Shown in pieces: positions 59,426-64,000 of a stretch of 64,000 nucleotides of DNA. A program made the translations under genes and the position numbers. How positions within the stretch are numbered: the stretch's first letter is position 1; each line of letters begins with the position of its first letter. This DNA comes from Candidatus Cloacimonadota bacterium (GTDB lineage Bacteria; Cloacimonadota; Cloacimonadia; G963667145). The stretch covers positions 1,377,777 through 1,441,776 of the forward strand of contig OY781061.1 in NCBI GenBank assembly GCA_963676515.1, given 5' to 3'. A model generated the notes under the pieces. It worked only from the letters and a program-made list of their open reading frames with translations, had not been told where the DNA came from and did no database searches.

Positions 59426-59513
59426 TTGAGAAAGAGAAGAACGCGTTCCCCCTCTATTTTTTTCTTGACATATGAGAGGGTAAAAATTGCATTGCAATAC
59501 GATGAAATTAACA

Positions 59514-59589
59514 GGACCTATAGCTCAGTTGGTAGAGCTTCCGGCTCATAACCGGACGGTCAGTGGTTCGAATCCACTTGGGTCCACCA
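59514..59589 (+). tRNA. tRNA-Met or tRNA-Ile2 (anticodon CAT), elongator type
   Basis: GGACCTATAGCTCAGTTGGTAGAGCTTCCGGCTCATAACCGGACGGTCAGTGGTTCGAATCCACTTGGGTCCACCA; the G1:C72 pair argues against an initiator. Confidence 0.85.
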
Positions 59590-59717
59590 TTTTTTTTGTG
59601 TTTATAAGGTAAGGAGATTGAAGTTTGATTAACTTTTTTTGTCGAGTGCGAGTGAGAAAAGTTGATAGATTTGAGCTCCTTTTTTTGTAACTTCATTTCG
59701 GGAAGTAAGGAGATTTT

Positions 59718-60263
59718 TTGAGAGTCGGAGAGTTGTTAAAACAGCATAGAGATTCTATTGGCAAGAGCCTAGAAGAGGTAGCTCTGACCACGAGAATTTC
59801 GCTGGACATTCTGAGGTGGATCGAGTCGGAAGATCAAAATTATTACAAAAAAGGCACGCTGGCGAGAAACTTCGTTTACACTTACGCAAGAGGGATAGGG
59901 GCTGATACGGGCAAGATTTTGGAAGCTTTTGATGCTGAATACTCTGTGGAAAAAGAAGTTAAGCGAAGTTTAGGAGATTTCGACCAATCGAAAAGTTTTT
60001 GGTCGAGCAAGTGGTGTTTGTACGGTTTGCCTATCGTGGTGGTGATCGGATTGATGCTTTTTATTACCAACTATATTCATAGTAACTTCGAAGTGTACCC
60101 CTTGGCGGTAAGCCAATTTAAAGAGAAAAAACAAGAAGCGAAAACAAGCAAAGCTAACTTGGAAGCTGAGCAAATCGCTGTGTGGCTTGCCGATAGCACA
60201 GATTATGTGGGCGAGTATATCTTGAGTAAAGAAAATCCGATGAATGTAAAACTAAATCCTTGA
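59718..60263 (+). CDS. RodZ-like cytoskeleton-associated protein (N-terminal HTH_25, one TM)
   Basis: N-terminal HTH LGELLKQHRDSIGKSLEEVALTTRISLDILRWIESED...RNFVYTYARGIG resembles RodZ; TTG start with RBS AAGGAG 6 nt upstream. Confidence 0.65.
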   Translation: MRVGELLKQHRDSIGKSLEEVALTTRISLDILRWIESEDQNYYKKGTLARNFVYTYARGIGADTGKILEAFDAEYSVEKEVKRSLGDFDQSKSFWSSKWCLYGLPIVVVIGLMLFITNYIHSNFEVYPLAVSQFKEKKQEAKTSKANLEAEQIAVWLADSTDYVGEYILSKENPMNVKLNP

Positions 60264-60287
60264 TTATTGTAAAAAGGTGATAAGAAG

Positions 60288-60569
60288 ATGATAAACGCAG
60301 AAGAGATAAAAAAAATTGCCGATTTGTGCAAAGTCGATTTCGATAATTTGCAAGAGTTTAGCGAAGATTTCGACAAGATAGTAGATTATGTGAAGGTGAT
60401 AAGTGAAGTGCAAGGGCAAGATGATGCAAAGAAAAACTTTTCGCTAGATTATGCAGATTTGCGTGATGACGAACTGGAAGAATCTCTGAGTCGAGAGGCA
60501 GCTCTGGCTAATAGGCAGACGAAAGATTCTGATGTCTATTTCAGCGTTCCTAAGACGGTGAAAAGATGA
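60288..60569 (+). CDS. gatC: Asp/Glu-tRNA amidotransferase subunit C-like
   Basis: 93 aa; N-terminal I..EEIKKIADLCKVDF...FSEDFDKIVDYV matches the GatC pattern; no gatA/gatB adjacent. Confidence 0.65.
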   Translation: MINAEEIKKIADLCKVDFDNLQEFSEDFDKIVDYVKVISEVQGQDDAKKNFSLDYADLRDDELEESLSREAALANRQTKDSDVYFSVPKTVKR

Positions 60570-60622
60570 TTTTTTTGTGATTAGTGTGATTAAGTTTTAG
60601 TTAATTTTGTGGAGATTGAATT

Positions 60623-61534
60623 ATGAAGTATATTTTTGGACCAATTTTGTCCAGAAGGCTAGGTGTGTCTTTGGGAGTGGACATCGTTCCTTACAAGTAT
60701 TGCAGTTTTGACTGTGTGTATTGTGAATCGGGGAAAACCACGGATCTCAGTAGTCAGCGGGCGGAGCTAGTGCCGACTGCCGATGTGATAAAGGAGCTAG
60801 ACAGCTATCTGCAAAAAAGTCCCAAACTAGATTATGTTACTTTTTCGGGAAATGGCGAGCCAGCTTTGTCCACATCTCTGGAGAAAATTACCGATTTTAT
60901 GAAAGAGAAGTATCCACAATACAAGCTTTGTATGATTACCAACTCTTCCTCTTATTTAGAGCCTCGCGTAGATCTTTTGGTGCCATCGTTGGATGCCGTC
61001 AGCCAAGATGTTTTCGAGCAAATAAATCGACCAGCCGAAGGCATAAAAGCATCTGAGATTGTAGAAAGTTTGACTAAATTCCAAAAAATATTTACTGGGC
61101 AGATGTGGCTGGAGATATTTTTGGCAACTGGAGTGAACGACACAAAGGCGGAGCTGCACAAGCTAATAGAAGCGGTGCACAAGATAAAGCCTGAGCGAGT
61201 GCAGCTGAACACTCTGGATCGCCCTGGTACAGAGGCGTGGGTGCGTCCAGTGCCTTATGAGCGGTTGCAGGAGATAGCTGCGATGGATTGGGGTGTGGTG
61301 GTGGATGTCCCCACGAGGAGCAAAAAGCTTGTGGATGTCGATTATCTGGATGCGGGACTGGTGGAGCAGATAAAGCAGACAGTGAAGCGAAGACCGTGTA
61401 CTATTCCAGAGCTGGCAAAGATTTTGGGAGCTAATTTGCATTTGGTGGGCAAAGAGGTGGCGAGATTGGAAGATAAAGGTGAATTAGAAATATCTATCGT
61501 TGAAGGTCAGTCTTTCGTGCGAGTGAAAGGGTGA
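60623..61534 (+). CDS. radical SAM domain protein
   Basis: CxxxCxxC cluster motif YCSFDCVYCESG near the N-terminus; 303 aa. Confidence 0.75.
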   Translation: MKYIFGPILSRRLGVSLGVDIVPYKYCSFDCVYCESGKTTDLSSQRAELVPTADVIKELDSYLQKSPKLDYVTFSGNGEPALSTSLEKITDFMKEKYPQYKLCMITNSSSYLEPRVDLLVPSLDAVSQDVFEQINRPAEGIKASEIVESLTKFQKIFTGQMWLEIFLATGVNDTKAELHKLIEAVHKIKPERVQLNTLDRPGTEAWVRPVPYERLQEIAAMDWGVVVDVPTRSKKLVDVDYLDAGLVEQIKQTVKRRPCTIPELAKILGANLHLVGKEVARLEDKGELEISIVEGQSFVRVKG

Positions 61535-62703
61535 AATTGACCAAGTGGGGCGTCTTAACTCTCTGTCTAGTTAGTTCTTTATATGTCAGTGCTGCTGCCA
61601 TAAGTGGCTCTCTGCCCGGCATGGCAGAACATTTTTTTCAATACCCAAACTCGAGGAGCTTGGCTCGATTAGTTTTGACTTTGCCTTCTTTAGCTATTGG
61701 AATTGGCTTTTTATTTTTTAACGGTTTTGTTAATAAATTCCCCATAAAAAAAGTTTTGATTTTTTCTCTGCTTGCTTATGCGATCTTCGGCCTTGTTCCT
61801 ATTTTTAGTGTATCTTTACTCTTCATTGCTCTCTCTAGGATAATATTGGGACTTGTCATTGGCGGAGCTTTTACTTGCGTGAATATCCTTATTGGCGACT
61901 ATTTTTCTTTGGAAAAAAGAGAGAAGATGCTCGGCTATCAAGGGGTTGCCATTAGCCTTGGAGGGATAGTTTGGGTTGGTGGAGGCGGTTATCTGGTAGC
62001 TTATGGCTGGAAGGCACCTTTTTTTATTTACGGGTTTGGTTTTTTCCTTTTTCTCTTGAGTTTGTTTAGTTTGCCTACTCCCAAGGAAATCAAAAAACCT
62101 TTAAAAACAAACTCATTTTTAGCAAAGCAAGATTTTCTCAAAGCTTTTCCCATCTATCTTTCTATTTTTATCTTGATGTGTGTCTTTTTGATGATGCACA
62201 ATATTATCCCTTTCATTTTGCAAGCCAATGGTTTTACGGAAAGCTATTATGTCGCCATGGTTTTTACAGTTTTAAATGTATCTACATGTATGATATGTTT
62301 TTTCTTTGCTAAGATTTTAGCAAAATTTGATAACAGGAAGATATTCGTTTTGCTCTCTTTTGTAATGGGAGTGGGGTATCTGCTGATAGGTTTTGCTCAT
62401 GGATATTGGTCTTTACTTTTTGGGGTGTTTGTTGCAGGGCTTGGAGGTGGGTTGGTAGTGGTCAATTGCACGAGTTCTCTGATGTGTCTAATATGCCCAA
62501 AGACGAAAGGAGCGATGATTGCGGGATTGAGTGCTTTTGCTTTTTTGGGACAAGGAGTGGCACCTTTTTGGGTGTATCTTGTCCTGAGATGGGTAAATGG
62601 TTCTCACGCTTTTGTCGTCGGTGCGTTTGTTTTATTCTCTTTGGGCTTAGTCTATTTGAATTTTGGCAAGAGTATGAACAGGGAAGTTTTGTTACAGAGA
62701 TAG
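61531..62703 (+). CDS. MFS transporter (12 TM)
   Basis: 390 aa polytopic protein; MFS-like loop 2-3 (LSRIILGLVIGGAF); 4-nt overlap with the radical-SAM gene. Confidence 0.75.
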   Translation: MKLTKWGVLTLCLVSSLYVSAAAISGSLPGMAEHFFQYPNSRSLARLVLTLPSLAIGIGFLFFNGFVNKFPIKKVLIFSLLAYAIFGLVPIFSVSLLFIALSRIILGLVIGGAFTCVNILIGDYFSLEKREKMLGYQGVAISLGGIVWVGGGGYLVAYGWKAPFFIYGFGFFLFLLSLFSLPTPKEIKKPLKTNSFLAKQDFLKAFPIYLSIFILMCVFLMMHNIIPFILQANGFTESYYVAMVFTVLNVSTCMICFFFAKILAKFDNRKIFVLLSFVMGVGYLLIGFAHGYWSLLFGVFVAGLGGGLVVVNCTSSLMCLICPKTKGAMIAGLSAFAFLGQGVAPFWVYLVLRWVNGSHAFVVGAFVLFSLGLVYLNFGKSMNREVLLQR

Positions 62704-62773
62704 ATTTTAAAAAAAACTCTTGACTCTGCATCCTCTAAATCAAGGTTACACTGATGAAAACAGGGGAAATTGT

Positions 62774-64000
62774 ATGTTAAAAACGATGATAACGAAAGTT
62801 TTTGGAGATAGATCTGCCAAAAAATTAAAATCCATTTATCCTATTGTAGAGAAGATAAATGTTGTCTATAACTCTTTGCAAGATTTGTCAGAAGAAAAAT
62901 TCAAAAAAAATCTGCAAGAGATCAAATATAGTATCCAAAAAAAGCTAGAGTCAGAAAAAGATGTTTTGGCGAAGCTGGAGCAAGATTATCAGGAACAAAA
63001 GACGGATGCTAATCACGACGCTCTGAGTAAACAACAAACGAAGCTGAAAGAGCAAACCAAGAGTATTCTGGACGATTACCTTCCCGAGGTGTTTGCGTAT
63101 CTGAAAGATACTTGTAGACGCTTGCTGGGGCATAGCTATATGGTGGTGGAGCATGAGCAGGTGTGGGATATGGTGCCTTTTGATGTGCAACTCATCGGCG
63201 GGATAACCTTGCATGATGGAGAGATAGCGGAGATGGCTACTGGTGAGGGGAAGACCTTGGTGGCAGTGCTACCACTGTTCCTCAACGCGATGACTGGAGA
63301 GGGTGCTCATCTGATAACGGTGAACGACTATTTGGCGAAAAGGGATTCCCAGTGGATGACGCCAGTGTTCGAGTATCATGGCTTTAGCGTGGGTTGTTTG
63401 CAAAATATGATGAGCTCGGAAGAAAAGCAAGCTATTTATGCTTGTGATATTGTGTATGGCACTAATAGCGAGTTTGGTTTCGATTATCTGAGAGACAATA
63501 TGGCTGTGGACAAAAGCCAATTGGTGCAAAGAAAGTTGAATTACGCGATAATAGATGAGGTGGATAGTGTCTTGATAGACGAGGCAAGGACACCTTTGAT
63601 CATCAGTGGACCTGTGCCCGAGAGCAAGAACTATTTTGCTGAATTCAAACCAATAATTTCCCGATTGTTTCGCTCGCAACGAGAGCTAGTGGGAACTTTT
63701 TTGAAAGATATTAGTAGCCTTGATGTTGCCAAAGATAGCGTGGAAGTGGGTGGAATTTTGCTCAAGATAAAGAGAGCTTTGCCCAAACGGAAAGCTTTTT
63801 TGAAATTGCTCAAAGATCCTGCATACAAGCAAGCTTTGATAGATGCTGAGAATGTGGCTATTCGGGATAAAAATATGCATTTGGCGGACGAGCAGCTGTA
63901 CTTCGTGGTGGATGAGCGAGGGCACTCTTGTCATTTGAGTGAAAAAGGGCAGGCGGAAGTGGGCAAGCTGGAGAGTAATCTATTTTTGATAGACTCTCTG
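62774..64000 (+). CDS. secA: preprotein translocase ATPase SecA, N-terminal part; continues past window end
   Basis: Manual reading from ATG 62774: MLKTMITKVFGDRSAKKLK... then Walker A MATGEGKTLVAVLPLFLNAMTGEGAHLITVNDYLAKRDSQWM. Not in ORF track because no stop in window. Confidence 0.9.
   Translation, partial: MLKTMITKVFGDRSAKKLKSIYPIVEKINVVYNSLQDLSEEKFKKNLQEIKYSIQKKLESEKDVLAKLEQDYQEQKTDANHDALSKQQTKLKEQTKSILDDYLPEVFAYLKDTCRRLLGHSYMVVEHEQVWDMVPFDVQLIGGITLHDGEIAEMATGEGKTLVAVLPLFLNAMTGEGAHLITVNDYLAKRDSQWMTPVFEYHGFSVGCLQNMMSSEEKQAIYACDIVYGTNSEFGFDYLRDNMAVDKSQLVQRKLNYAIIDEVDSVLIDEARTPLIISGPVPESKNYFAEFKPIISRLFRSQRELVGTFLKDISSLDVAKDSVEVGGILLKIKRALPKRKAFLKLLKDPAYKQALIDAENVAIRDKNMHLADEQLYFVVDERGHSCHLSEKGQAEVGKLESNLFLIDSL

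Larger units (their letters stand above)
58200..59440. repeat. repeat island C: M1 copy C, M2 partial and full copies, long IR copy 2; abuts tRNA-Met
   Basis: Shares blocks with islands A and B (see module entries). Confidence 0.85.

Overview
This 64 kb window is a densely coding stretch of a bacterial chromosome, all in the same orientation except for three operons read on the minus strand. Flanking genes look roughly 40-45% GC by eye (not computed). Start-codon choices were made by eye from RBS context and family-typical N-termini.

Gene content, in order:
- A minus-strand operon dus-(membrane protein)-bactofilin-M23 peptidase-parB-parA, which resembles a Helicobacter-type cell-shape module (bactofilin plus LytM/M23 endopeptidase).
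- An NCS2 nucleobase permease, tRNA-Val, and a membrane-anchored STAND (NB-ARC) NTPase with a long TPR array.
- rpsU, cvpA, and a response regulator / histidine kinase / minimal cysteine-rich sigma factor tricistron.
- tRNA-Ala, hisD, cstA, an ArsA/Get3-like ATPase locus, a phosphohexomutase, glyS (no adjacent glyQ) and topA.
- A PEPCK(ATP)-like protein and a strongly AT-rich EptA-like phosphoethanolamine transferase.
- A TCA-related block: 644-aa aconitase-family protein, UPF0597/L-cysteine desulfidase, NADP-IDH and glutamate formimidoyltransferase.
- htpG, a minus-strand ECF sigma / zf-HC2 anti-sigma / DUF / Spy-CpxP (LTXXQ) envelope-stress operon, adenine deaminase, a YihY-family protein and rpoD.
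- An EF-G paralogue, tRNA-Leu, tig-clpP-clpX, and pstSCAB-phoU preceded by four TTAACA direct repeats at 11-bp spacing.
- A BMP lipoprotein, an rrf2-nifS-nifU-cysK block, tRNA-Met(CAT), rodZ-like, gatC, a radical-SAM enzyme, an MFS transporter and the start of secA.

The most unusual feature is three ~1.3-1.6 kb non-coding islands at 7.96-9.43 kb, 42.7-44.3 kb and 58.2-59.5 kb. They are built from shared mosaic repeat modules:
- a ~275 bp module present in three direct copies;
- a ~110 bp module carrying TTCCCAAGC-TCCA-GCTTGGGAA hairpins;
- an invariant TTCCCGC-(GAAA/GGAC/TTCC)-GCGGGAA hairpin that recurs eight times in both orientations;
- 38-bp and 10-bp tandem arrays;
- a ~180 bp inverted pair that brackets a 16 kb housekeeping segment.
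Two of the three islands abut tRNA genes. No RNA family could be assigned to them by eye. They could be MITE-like elements or a structured-RNA family.
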